Virus record (IMG/VR): IMGVR_UViG_3300021246_000107
Coordinates: 1 to 52,961 of that record
Source of the DNA: a virus
Lineage: Duplodnaviria > Caudoviricetes
Length of the DNA: 52,961 bases
Direction: 5' to 3' (one strand)
Shown: piece after piece, positions 1-8,871 of the stretch
Layout of the letters: each line of letters opens with the position of its first letter
Position numbering within the stretch: position 1 is the stretch's first letter
Notes under the pieces: model-generated
What the model was told of the DNA's origin: nothing
Databases searched by the model: none
The model's input: only the letters and a program-made list of their open reading frames with translations
Position numbers and translations under genes: made by a program

Positions 1-876
1 TTAAATTGATGCTGCTGCCAAGCGCCTAAACTCTCTTGGTGACCGATATTTCAGCGCGCTGTGCGGATGCTGCTCGTTGTAATGCTCGAAGGCAATCGTC
101 AGATTGCGCAGCGCCGTTTCTCGATCCGGTTTGGGCATATGCGCAACGTAATCACGCTTGATCGTCTTCACGAAGCTCTCTGCCATACCGTTGCTCTGGG
201 GGCTTCGCACCGGTGTAGTTACCGGCTGTAAGCCGATCTGGCGAGCAAACAGACGCGTCTGCTCGGCGATATAAGCCGAGCCGTTATCGCTCAGCCACTG
301 CACCGGTGTGCTTGGCAGTTGATCGCCAAAACGCTTCTCCACGCTTTCCAACATCAAGTCTCGGATGTCATCACCGCTGTAGCCTGTTGGGCTGGCGACC
401 CAGCCGATGGCTTCTCGGTCACAGCAGTCCAGAGCAAAAGTTACACTCAACTTCGCACCATCGTCACAGCGGAACTCGAAGCCGTCCGAGCACCAACGAG
501 TGTCGCTGGTTTGAACGGCGATGCGGCCTTCATGCCGGCGTTGCACGCCAGGTTGCTTGATGCGTCGTTCCAGCAACAGATTGTGGTCGCGCATGACGCG
601 ATAGACCCGCTTTACGTTGATCGGTGGCCGCGACCGGGTTTCACGTTCGCGGCGTAACAAGCCCCAAACGCGGCGGTAGCCATAGCTTGGTAGCTCGCTG
701 ACTTGCTGCTTGATCTCAGCGACCAATTCCGTATCGTTCACGAGCCGAAGTCGCCGTACTTTGGGCGATACCGATTGCTTGATTCGAACCGTTAGTTGCG
801 AGCGCGACACACCGAGACATTTGCTGACCAGTTTCACTGGTCGTCCCCCGGCAACAAGGGTGAGTGCGCAATCCAT
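1..876 (-). CDS. IS3-family transposase OrfB (DDE)
   Basis: [11 protein letters not shown] start resembles IS2 InsD; [32 protein letters not shown] and HSAL motifs. Confidence 0.93.
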   Translation of the reverse strand: MDCALTLVAGGRPVKLVSKCLGVSRSQLTVRIKQSVSPKVRRLRLVNDTELVAEIKQQVSELPSYGYRRVWGLLRRERETRSRPPINVKRVYRVMRDHNLLLERRIKQPGVQRRHEGRIAVQTSDTRWCSDGFEFRCDDGAKLSVTFALDCCDREAIGWVASPTGYSGDDIRDLMLESVEKRFGDQLPSTPVQWLSDNGSAYIAEQTRLFARQIGLQPVTTPVRSPQSNGMAESFVKTIKRDYVAHMPKPDRETALRNLTIAFEHYNEQHPHSALKYRSPREFRRLAAASI

Positions 877-1226
877 TTTCGCGACCGGGCAATCTCCACG
901 GCCTCTTTTAGGACTTCGGCTTCCATCGTCTTCTTGCCCAGCATCCGCTGCAATTCGCGGATCTGCTTGAGCGCATCGGTCAGTTCCGACGCCGGTACAA
1001 CGGCTTCGCCAGCACTGACCGCCGACAGACTTCCGTCCTGGTACAGCTTGCGCCACAGGAACAGCTGATTGGCGTTGATGCCGTTGCGTCGGGCCACCAC
1101 GGACACGCTTTGTCCCGGCTCAAGACTCTCGCGAACCATGGCCAGCTTCTGGTCGGTGCTCCAGCGGCGTCGGCGTTCCTGGCCGAGCAGCTCACCACCC
1201 TTATCGTTGCTGTTAGTCATAAACAT
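834..1226 (-). CDS. IS3-family transposase OrfA (HTH)
   Basis: [13 protein letters not shown]...[17 protein letters not shown]...[10 protein letters not shown], similar to IS2 InsC. Confidence 0.92.
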   Translation of the reverse strand: MFMTNSNDKGGELLGQERRRRWSTDQKLAMVRESLEPGQSVSVVARRNGINANQLFLWRKLYQDGSLSAVSAGEAVVPASELTDALKQIRELQRMLGKKTMEAEVLKEAVEIARSRKWIAHSPLLPGDDQ

Positions 1227-1343
1227 ACCCGTTTGCCTATCCCTTATCGTAAGGGGGAAACGGTGTCCTGTCTTTCATGGGGCTCGTTCAGACACTACTG
1301 GCGGCCTTTTTTTGCCGCCTCTTAAATATAAGAGTTTTTAGTT

Positions 1344-2369
1344 ATGCAAAAGAGAGATGATGCTTTTTCTATTTCAATAAATGATCCGGACTTGGTTGAT
1401 GATTCTGAAATAACAGTAATGGAAAACATTAATGATGTACTGCTTTTGATTTTTAAAAAAGACAGTATTTACAAACTATTAACTGCCGACTCAACTGACC
1501 CACAAAAAACCAAGTCTGATACCGGGCATACATATGAAAAAATAGCAATATTTGGGTCTGCCTCTCTGTATGTTGCCCGGGTATTTCTTCAATTTAAACG
1601 TATCATTGATCAAGTTTTTTCGGACGACTCAATAAAACCAAAGCTTCTAGAGCGGGTTTGGAGTCTGAACGAACAACTTTTGCTCTGTGCACAGTTTGAA
1701 TTAAATATTCGGGAGCAGCTTGATGATGTGATGCGCAGATGCGACACCACGATTGAGCAAAACAAATCCAGCCGCGCTATCCCGCCGCTTGCCAAAGTAA
1801 AAAATTTAGAGAATGATGCGAAATCTTTTCTTCTGACCGGCAAACAATTTTTAATAGATTGCTTCAAACTCATAAGCCTGTTTACTGACTTGCCCTTGGG
1901 TGCAAGAGATGAGGCGCATTTTGATAAGCATATAAAGTGGCTGGAGCAGAATCGCCCCGCTTTAAATAAGCTTTCCTCAATTCTTAGGAATGACCTATCT
2001 TGGATTCGTAGATTGTCAGAGTGCCGAAATGCTATTGAGCACCCTGGGCCTGGTCAGTCACTTACGATAGAAAACACAAAGCTTCACCCTGGTAACAAAT
2101 TTTCACTCCCGACTTGGAGCTACGATCTGACGAATAAAATAGACGTGCACGAATCGTCTATCTCTATTCACCAAGAGCTTGATGCATATCTAAACAATAT
2201 GCTTTATCTGCTTGAGGATATTCTGCTTCTTTGTATTTCCGAAAGCTTACCCAATAATGGGATGTTTTCAATATATCAACACGCTGATGCAGATATAAAG
2301 CCGAACTGCCCCGTAAAGTATTATGCAGGCTTAAGTGTCGAATTTTATTCGAAACTAAAACCTGCCTAA
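1344..2369 (+). CDS. Hypothetical protein with HEPN-like RxxxxH motif
   Basis: AT-rich 341-aa ORF; RRLSECRNAIEHPG in a helical context. Confidence 0.6.
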   Translation: MQKRDDAFSISINDPDLVDDSEITVMENINDVLLLIFKKDSIYKLLTADSTDPQKTKSDTGHTYEKIAIFGSASLYVARVFLQFKRIIDQVFSDDSIKPKLLERVWSLNEQLLLCAQFELNIREQLDDVMRRCDTTIEQNKSSRAIPPLAKVKNLENDAKSFLLTGKQFLIDCFKLISLFTDLPLGARDEAHFDKHIKWLEQNRPALNKLSSILRNDLSWIRRLSECRNAIEHPGPGQSLTIENTKLHPGNKFSLPTWSYDLTNKIDVHESSISIHQELDAYLNNMLYLLEDILLLCISESLPNNGMFSIYQHADADIKPNCPVKYYAGLSVEFYSKLKPA

Positions 2370-2434
2370 CGTTTTTTATGGATTGGAATGCAGTTAGGTG
2401 CTTGAGGCTTTACACTACCGCGATGGGTTAATTT

Positions 2435-3670
2435 ATGAAAGTAAAATGGAAGGGAAATAAAAATCTAAAGCCCCAAATATTGATGGATCGGATGGCTGAA
2501 ATCACATCAATAATGCCAGACGGAAGAGTGAGCTTTTCGGCTTTTGAAAAGCATCAGCTTGACGCTGTTCTTTTAACAATGCTTGAATTTCACAAGGAGT
2601 TCAGCTCATCAACTATGAAGACGCTTTTCAACTCAGGTATAGATTATTGCGCAAGGAGAAATGATTTTGCGAAGTCTTCTTTTCTTACCGGCATCAATGA
2701 GGCTGTAGTGAGACACGGTGCAAGACCGGAAAAAACATTCGTTCTTGTTACATCAATTTCGTCCGTCGACGGTTTTGCCAAAAACAATATAGATCTTCAT
2801 AGCTCGACCATCAGATCATGGCCTAGAGGAATGCCTAAGAAATACCTCGCTCGTGAAAAGTTAGAATGGCGGCACGGCGAAGTTCCAATGCCGGAAGAGT
2901 ATTGCCCGATTACTGTAACCGTTAAATCAAAAGATTCGATGGACGCCGCCCATGCTGCGATTTACGATTTGGATTACGTCCGTGGGATTCACGCATTATT
3001 CGTAAATCCACCCTCCGAGTTGAATTTTGGGATTGGTCCCCAAAGGCCGATAAATAAAATAATGCTTGGCGGCATGCATACCCTTCACGACTCAAAAGGG
3101 CGTCTTGCTAAGGAACATATCTATTGGTATGAGCGAAACTATCGAGTAAGACCTCCAGTCCGCTTTTCCAATAAGCCCCAGCTAGCTAAGAATTTGAGTT
3201 ATGTAGAGCAACAAATAAAAATACACGCTAATGGCTACATTATTAAAGATGCGATAATTAGATATGTCAGGGCATATGACGAGTCCGACCGAAACGTGAC
3301 GATTCAAAAAGCTTGGGCTGCTATAGAGTCGATAGTTTGCCCTCATGAAAAAAACGCAGACGCTATAGTCCGTCGTTGCTCCTTTATGTTTGCTGATCGC
3401 CCCTATTACGAGCAGGTATTAGAGCATCTTCGCGAGTACAGAAACCGCAACGTGCACTCGGGGTATGAGGTGGAGGATCTCGACTATCATTGTTATCAGC
3501 TTCAGCAGTTTTTCCGACAAGCCGTATTATTCTACCTTAAGAACGCCTCTGTTTTTTCAGGCCTGCAAGAGGCGAATCAATTTCTTGATCTGCCAAGTAC
3601 TATTGCAGAACTTCAAAAGCTCAAAAGTCACGTGGAAAAAGCAATGAAATACCAACAGCTAGATGGTTGA
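2435..3670 (+). CDS. HEPN-domain protein (ApeA-like architecture)
   Basis: 411 aa; C-terminal KAWAAIESIV...LREYRNRNVHSG is typical of ApeA/RiboL-type HEPN domains. Confidence 0.7.
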   Translation: MKVKWKGNKNLKPQILMDRMAEITSIMPDGRVSFSAFEKHQLDAVLLTMLEFHKEFSSSTMKTLFNSGIDYCARRNDFAKSSFLTGINEAVVRHGARPEKTFVLVTSISSVDGFAKNNIDLHSSTIRSWPRGMPKKYLAREKLEWRHGEVPMPEEYCPITVTVKSKDSMDAAHAAIYDLDYVRGIHALFVNPPSELNFGIGPQRPINKIMLGGMHTLHDSKGRLAKEHIYWYERNYRVRPPVRFSNKPQLAKNLSYVEQQIKIHANGYIIKDAIIRYVRAYDESDRNVTIQKAWAAIESIVCPHEKNADAIVRRCSFMFADRPYYEQVLEHLREYRNRNVHSGYEVEDLDYHCYQLQQFFRQAVLFYLKNASVFSGLQEANQFLDLPSTIAELQKLKSHVEKAMKYQQLDG

Positions 3671-3768
3671 AATTTTATCGCAGCGCTCAAACAGAATTAT
3701 TTTTTACGCAATTTTTTTGCATAAAAACATGATTTTTAATATACCCTGGAAACGGTTAAATCACGAAT

Positions 3769-3825
3769 GACTGCTATTGGCCGGTTGTTGCCCGTCACGA
3801 GCGGCAGAAATCGGCCAAAACCGAC
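3769..3825. repeat. Imperfect palindrome, copy 1
   Basis: ttggccggttgttgcc...ggcagaaatcggccaa. Confidence 0.55.
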
Positions 3826-3828
3826 CTC

Positions 3829-4242
3829 TCAAACAGGTTCATGCGGGCAATCGGCGAGCGCTTGCATTACGTGGCCTAGTTGCACCAATTTCTCTATGGC
3901 AAATGGAACAGTCGTTCCACTGACCGAGAGAGGGGTAAAGGCGAGTATCCGAATGGCGAGCGCTCCCGGCTGATTACTCTCAGAGAAGCTAAGTCGGTAC
4001 CACGACAATATTGACGGTTTCCATGTAACACTCGCCCGGTTAGAAGGGGCAGCAAAGAAAGCTGAAACCCTAGCAATGTGTTCTCGCTTGATCTTGAGAA
4101 AGTAATTGCCGGCAGTCCCTTGTTCAAAAGTCAGATAGAGATCCTCTCCTTTTGTCTGAAGGTAGAGATAAATCGAACGCCACTTACCTTGGTGGCAGGC
4201 GCTGAAAACCGCTGGTGTCCCTAACATTTTGCATTCCTTCAT
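3829..4242 (-). CDS. Hypothetical protein
   Basis: About 137-aa ORF lying between the two palindromic elements. Confidence 0.5.
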   Translation of the reverse strand: MKECKMLGTPAVFSACHQGKWRSIYLYLQTKGEDLYLTFEQGTAGNYFLKIKREHIARVSAFFAAPSNRASVTWKPSILSWYRLSFSESNQPGALAIRILAFTPLSVSGTTVPFAIEKLVQLGHVMQALADCPHEPV

Positions 4243-4292
4243 CAAGACAGTCTGATGAGGTTTAGCTCATGCTTGGCGAGTCTGCATTTGGA

Positions 4293-4349
4293 GGCTATTT
4301 CTGACCGATTGCTACCTTTCGCGAACGACAGCTTAGGGTCGAGAGCGAA
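4293..4349. repeat. Degenerate copy 2 of the palindrome
   Basis: About 33/57 ungapped identity to copy 1 by hand count, with many transitions. Confidence 0.4.
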
Positions 4350-4418
4350 CACTCATGACTTTGGGATGGGCTTCCAATCGCCAGCTGCTACGCTGTTCAC
4401 TCCACCAGAGGAACGCCG

Positions 4419-4628
4419 ATGCCCAACTCAGACCTGCTCCCTTCCCTGCTCTCAAAGTTGTACGAAAACCAGCTGGCCCTTGAGGCGTCCATCATGGAGA
4501 TCTCGAACTGGGTCGAGCAGCGTGGCTCCGCTGATGTGGCGGAAAACGTGCGCGGTGCCCTGCACACCATCGACGAGAACGAAGAGTTCATAAAGTTGAC
4601 CCTGGCGGTCCTCATGGCGCCTGACTGA
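4419..4628 (+). CDS. Small hypothetical prophage protein
   Basis: GAGGA RBS; GC-rich codon usage; 69 aa. Confidence 0.7.
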   Translation: MPNSDLLPSLLSKLYENQLALEASIMEISNWVEQRGSADVAENVRGALHTIDENEEFIKLTLAVLMAPD

Positions 4629-4687
4629 TCGTCGGGTAAACCTGCAGTTCGTCGCCTCAAGTATTCCTCTTCACAGAATCTCGAATA

Positions 4688-4703
4688 CTGTATGCGCATA
4701 CAG
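4688..4703. promoter_or_regulatory. LexA (SOS) box
   Basis: CTGTATGCGCATACAG, a perfect palindromic CTGT-N8-ACAG upstream of the SRAP operon. Confidence 0.85.
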
Positions 4704-4721
4704 CATTCGGAATACCTACCC

Positions 4722-5084
4722 ATGGACATCGACGAAGACACCGATTGGTGGCTTGGCAGCCCCACGCCTCTGGAAATGTGCAGACAGCACGCCCTCATGC
4801 TAGAGAACGAGTACCAGGAGCAAAGCCTGCAAATGCGGAAGGCCCGACAGGACATTCAAGGCCTGATCCAGATGCAAGCCGATGCTCTACGCGGCCAGTC
4901 CACGGCCGAGCTCAAGCTGAGGAACGCACAGGCCGAGATTGCCAGGCTTAACTTGAAAGTTTCAGAACTTGGCGGGCAAATTAATAGCCTGCTGATCGTC
5001 AAGAGCCAGAGGGATATCGTTCTCAACCAGAATCAGGAACTGCTACGGCAGATCCGCATGGGGCAAACCACGATCAGCAACTAA
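4722..5084 (+). CDS. Coiled-coil hypothetical protein, SOS-regulated
   Basis: MDIDEDTDWWLG start lies just after the SOS box. Confidence 0.7.
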   Translation: MDIDEDTDWWLGSPTPLEMCRQHALMLENEYQEQSLQMRKARQDIQGLIQMQADALRGQSTAELKLRNAQAEIARLNLKVSELGGQINSLLIVKSQRDIVLNQNQELLRQIRMGQTTISN

Positions 5085-5112
5085 CCTGAGTTGAGCCTCA
5101 GAGGTTTTGACC

Positions 5113-5790
5113 ATGTGCGGAAGACTTTCCCAATACAGCGGCATCCACGACTTCGTTGCGGCGCTGAGCATGCCCAATGCCCTGGCGAACTCCGTCGGCG
5201 ATCCGCCGCTGGAGCGCTACAACGTGGCACCGTCCACCCAGGTCGCCCTACTCCACCTACAGGGCGATCTGCTGCATGCCGACCTGGTGCGCTGGGGATG
5301 GCAGCCGCACTGGGCCAAGGATCGTGCCGCGCCGATCAATGCGCGCGTCGAGAAGGTGGCCCACGGCCCATTCTTCCGAGCGATCTGGCCGCACCGAGCA
5401 ATCACGCCCATCGATAACTGGTTTGAATGGGTGGACGAAGGCGGCCCAAAGAAGCAGCCCTACCTGATCCGCCGGCGGGATGGCGCCCCCGTGCTGTGTG
5501 CAGCCATTGGCCAGCTGCCCGACAGTGATGAAGGCCCGGGGGAGCATGACGGGTTCGTGATCATCACGGCCGACAGCGCCGGTGGCATGGTGGACATCCA
5601 CGACCGGCGGCCCGTGGTGTTGACGCCGGACCTGGCCCGGGAATGGTTGGACCCGGCCACGCCCAAGGAGCGCGCCGAGCAGATGGTGCTGCATCAGGGT
5701 GAGCCGGCCGAGGCCTTCGAATGGTTCAAGATCGATGCGGCTGTGGGCAATGTGCGGAACAAAGGGCCGGAGCTGATCAGCCCGATTTAA
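5113..5790 (+). CDS. SOS response-associated peptidase (SRAP/YedK-HMCES family)
   Basis: MCGR N-terminus with catalytic Cys2; YNVAPS, INARVE, WFEW and IHDRRPVVL motifs. Confidence 0.95.
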   Translation: MCGRLSQYSGIHDFVAALSMPNALANSVGDPPLERYNVAPSTQVALLHLQGDLLHADLVRWGWQPHWAKDRAAPINARVEKVAHGPFFRAIWPHRAITPIDNWFEWVDEGGPKKQPYLIRRRDGAPVLCAAIGQLPDSDEGPGEHDGFVIITADSAGGMVDIHDRRPVVLTPDLAREWLDPATPKERAEQMVLHQGEPAEAFEWFKIDAAVGNVRNKGPELISPI

Positions 5791-5986
5791 TAGCTCTCAC
5801 CCCGATACTGCAGCAGTATGGGCTGGAGAAGTGCATAGGCCGCGCACTGCGTGGCTCTCAGCGATTCACTGTCTAAAACTCTACCGTCATTTAGCTGGTG
5901 TTTGGGCCAATGAATGCACGTTAGCATTGGGAAGTTTTAGACAGAAAAATCACTCCACCAACAGCAGTGCATCTGTATGTATTTCA

Positions 5987-6262
5987 TCAGCCATTGCTGA
6001 CCCATTTGTACAAGCGCTTGGCGATAGATAGAAAGTCCCAGGCCATTGCAGAACCCACAGCGGCGCCAGCAAGACCAATCCTGAAAGCCGCCTGCTGCCA
6101 AATATCTGACCTGTCGAAAATCAAATAGGCGAGTCTATAAAAGCCGATTTCATAGTAAGTTTTGTAAGTTACAAAGAAGGCGATCAGGCAGAGCGCCGAA
6201 GACAAACAAAAAACGACGAACCCAAATCTTTTCACCGGACTTTCAAATCTTTTCAAGCTCAT
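5987..6262 (-). CDS. Small membrane protein (moron)
   Basis: Two hydrophobic segments; AT-rich. Confidence 0.6.
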   Translation of the reverse strand: MSLKRFESPVKRFGFVVFCLSSALCLIAFFVTYKTYYEIGFYRLAYLIFDRSDIWQQAAFRIGLAGAAVGSAMAWDFLSIAKRLYKWVSNG

Positions 6263-6532
6263 ACTCGCGGTACCCGCACCTGGAAATCGTGCATTCAACC
6301 AATGACGACCTAAAAAAAGCAAGCGGCTGTACATCAAGGTCACTCTCCGGCGTCCTGTCGAGCTCGTAGTGAATTATTCAAAGGCCGCTGGTAATCTTCC
6401 GGCCACGTTCGCCAAACATTGAGGGATGGAGGCGAAAATAGAAGCCCTGGAGCCGCGCACTCTGGGGCTTTAATTTTTGGTGAATGATAATTTTCACGAC
6501 CTCGAATGTAGGTCAGCCCAGGCATTCACCGG

Positions 6533-7300
6533 CTACCAGTTCATGATCACCAGCTCGCCAGTCACAGCGGCCGATCCTTTCCGGGGATTGGCAGTGCTAT
6601 ACCGGATATCCATTGTCTCCAGACGGAACCCTTCAAACACCCGCCGGATATCTGGATGGTCGTTGAGGCTCACCATCACCTTGCCTTGGCAGGACCGCAT
6701 AAACTCGGCCATTCGCTCATACTCATCAAAACCAAACCCAACCCCATACCCTTCCGTCTGCCAATACGGCGGGTCCATATAGTGGAAGGTGTGAGGCCGA
6801 TCGTACTTCTCGGCGCACTTGAGCCATGGCAGGTTTTCAACGTAGGTTCCGGTCAGGCGCTGCCAGGCTTCTGACAGGTTCTCCTCGATCCGGAGCAGGT
6901 TGATAGGTCGTCTGGTGGTACCCGTGCCAAAGGTCTGGCCTGTTGCTTTGGCACCGAAGGCGTGGTGCTGGAGATAGAAGAACCGCGCCGCCCTCTGGAT
7001 ATCCGTCAAGGTTTCCGGAACCGCCATTTTCTGCCATTCGAAAATTTTCCGAGAGCTGAGAGCCCATTTGAACTGGCGCACGAACTCTTCGAGGTGGTGC
7101 TGAACCACGCGATACAGGTTCACCAACTCCCCATTCAGATCGTTGAGTACCTCGACCTTCGCGGGCTGCTCACGTCTGAAGTACAGGGCGGCACCGCCGG
7201 CGAACACCTCGACGTAGCACTCGTGTTCAGGAAACAGCGCCAGCAGGCGTTTCGACAGGCGACGTTTGCCGCCCATCCATGGAACGATAGGGTTTGTCAT
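6533..7300 (-). CDS. DNA adenine methyltransferase (Dam/D12 class)
   Basis: PWMGGK, YVEVFAGGAA, NDLN and DPPY motifs. Confidence 0.95.
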   Translation of the reverse strand: MTNPIVPWMGGKRRLSKRLLALFPEHECYVEVFAGGAALYFRREQPAKVEVLNDLNGELVNLYRVVQHHLEEFVRQFKWALSSRKIFEWQKMAVPETLTDIQRAARFFYLQHHAFGAKATGQTFGTGTTRRPINLLRIEENLSEAWQRLTGTYVENLPWLKCAEKYDRPHTFHYMDPPYWQTEGYGVGFGFDEYERMAEFMRSCQGKVMVSLNDHPDIRRVFEGFRLETMDIRYSTANPRKGSAAVTGELVIMNW

Positions 7301-7365
7301 TGTGCATTCCTTGCAAATTAAGCGTTTATTGAGACTGTGTTAATTTTCTCGACCACTGGTGTAGG

Positions 7366-7884
7366 TCAGCGAGCGACAGTCCTGACGTACGCCTGGCACG
7401 CCCTCAGGGCTGCTTGATCAGCAATGATTCCGGCGCGGATATCGAAAACAGCTTGTCCAGCAATGGGAGCGAGTTCGACGGTTCCTGCATGATCCAGGCT
7501 GGAGGCGCCGGCGGAGCTGGACAGATTGCCGCCACCGGGAGAACAACTTCCCGCGATGCGCAACCGGCGAGCAGTATCAGCAGCAGCGGTAGCAGCACGG
7601 CGCAGGGTTTCATTTTCAGCGAGGTCATTCGTTTTCTCCTGGGTTGCTTTGGCGTCGAGGTCGGCATTGGCTTGCTCGGCGGCCTGTTGTTTATCGAGTG
7701 CCTGACGGCCCTGCGCGGCGGCGGCATTGCTGATCGTCGTCAGGTCCGCCTGGTGTAGCTCGGCCTGCTTGGCCAGTGCCTTGCCGAAGCGCCAGTCCTG
7801 CACCTGCCAGGTCACACCAGCGGCGCCGGCCATCAGCACCAGGATCAGCACCACCAGACCCACCAACTTCTGCAAGGTCGTCAT
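7366..7884 (-). CDS. Rz: i-spanin (Rz)
   Basis: N-terminal TM, coiled coil, RRLRI and CQAYVR; follows the endolysin. Confidence 0.9.
   Translation of the reverse strand: MTTLQKLVGLVVLILVLMAGAAGVTWQVQDWRFGKALAKQAELHQADLTTISNAAAAQGRQALDKQQAAEQANADLDAKATQEKTNDLAENETLRRAATAAADTARRLRIAGSCSPGGGNLSSSAGASSLDHAGTVELAPIAGQAVFDIRAGIIADQAALRACQAYVRTVAR
7404..7613 (-). CDS. Rz1: o-spanin lipoprotein (Rz1), nested in Rz
   Basis: MKPCAVLLPLLLILLAGC lipobox; Pro-rich CPAPPAPPAWIM. Confidence 0.85.
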   Translation of the reverse strand: MKPCAVLLPLLLILLAGCASREVVLPVAAICPAPPAPPAWIMQEPSNSLPLLDKLFSISAPESLLIKQP

Positions 7885-8414
7885 GCCAGCACCTCCAGCG
7901 CTTTGTCATACAGCGCCTGGCGATCATCCTCGCCGTTAAGCCCACCGTTGATGCGGCGAGTGATTATCTCGAAGCTGCCTTGGTCCGCTAGGGTGTTCAA
8001 CCCGTGGACAGACCAGAACCATGCTGCTGACATTGATGCGTACTGAGGCTGCTCGAGCAGCTCTGGTTGATTAATCAGGTCTAGGCCCAAGGCATCGCCA
8101 CACTCCGAATAGTTGCCCCGACCAGTAATTTGGATGAGGCCCCGGCCACGGTATTCAGAACCGTCACCCCTCTCGGTGTTGCCCAAGTCGGCGCGACCCT
8201 CATACCCGACCTGCTGCGCAGTGGGGCCCCAGATCTCGCGCACATAACGCAGTTGCTCCGACTCATGCCCGACCTGAGCGATGAAGGCGGCAATCCGAAG
8301 CCTGGTGACGATTCCATACTTGCCCATGGCCACGTTCAACACAGGAACAAAAACGCCGGCGTTTTGGCCGGCGTTCGGGAGGATCTGCAGCAACTGCTGC
8401 TCGGTAATAGGCAT
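7881..8414 (-). CDS. Endolysin, glycoside hydrolase family 19
   Basis: AAFIAQVGHES, YRGRGLIQITGRGNY and TRRINGGLNG motifs. Confidence 0.95.
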   Translation of the reverse strand: MPITEQQLLQILPNAGQNAGVFVPVLNVAMGKYGIVTRLRIAAFIAQVGHESEQLRYVREIWGPTAQQVGYEGRADLGNTERGDGSEYRGRGLIQITGRGNYSECGDALGLDLINQPELLEQPQYASMSAAWFWSVHGLNTLADQGSFEIITRRINGGLNGEDDRQALYDKALEVLA

Positions 8415-8417
8415 GGC

Positions 8418-8450
8418 TTTCTCCGGGCACAAAAAAACCGCTCAAGGCGG
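8418..8450 (-). terminator. Terminator-plus-RBS element, repeated at 18547-18579
   Basis: CCGCCTTGAGCGG-T7 followed by GGAGAAA; 31/33 identical between the two copies. Confidence 0.7.
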
Positions 8451-8477
8451 CTGGTGGTCTGGTTTTTAGCGTCTCGG

Positions 8478-8861
8478 CTATTTACTGACTTGAGCGGCCA
8501 ACCATTCAGGTGCTACTGGCCGTTTCGTGCTGTCGGGGAACGCCGTCGACTCTGGCCAGTCGCGCAGCGCTTGCCGGTATGTCTGTAGCGCTTTGTACTG
8601 ATCAGCAGTGAGCGTTGTCGGCAAGCCAGACTCCACCTGGTCACGCTGGCGTGCGACTACGGGATCTGTTGTCGCAATCTCACCATCGCGCCAAAAGCGC
8701 TCCTCGGCTACCAACACTTCCAAGGAGGGCACATTTGCGGCGGCTTGAGCTGCTAGCGCTTCTGCGTCAGTAATTTCAACAGACCCGGCGGGCAAAATAG
8801 ACGCGAAAGCGGCATCGTCAAGAAAGTGAAGTGCGTTATTGGTGTCTTTGTAATACGGCAT
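8478..8861 (-). CDS. Tail fibre assembly chaperone
   Basis: ERFWRD...YRQALRDWP...RPVAPEWL. Confidence 0.88.
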   Translation of the reverse strand: MPYYKDTNNALHFLDDAAFASILPAGSVEITDAEALAAQAAANVPSLEVLVAEERFWRDGEIATTDPVVARQRDQVESGLPTTLTADQYKALQTYRQALRDWPESTAFPDSTKRPVAPEWLAAQVSK

Positions 8862-8871
8862 ATCTATCCCC

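Larger units (their letters stand above)
1..1290 (-). mobile_element. IS3-family (IS2 group) insertion sequence; the far IR lies outside the window
   Basis: orfA/orfB organisation. The end TGAACGAGCCCCATGAAAGACAGGACACC (minus strand from 1290) resembles IS2 IRs. Confidence 0.9.

Noticed and set aside
1291-1343. Prophage att core
   Set aside because: The partner site would lie beyond int, outside the window; only a GGCGGC/GCCGCC hairpin is visible.
5972-5989. Third LexA box (CTGTATGTATTTCATCAG)
   Set aside because: Spacing does not fit CTGT-N8-ACAG.
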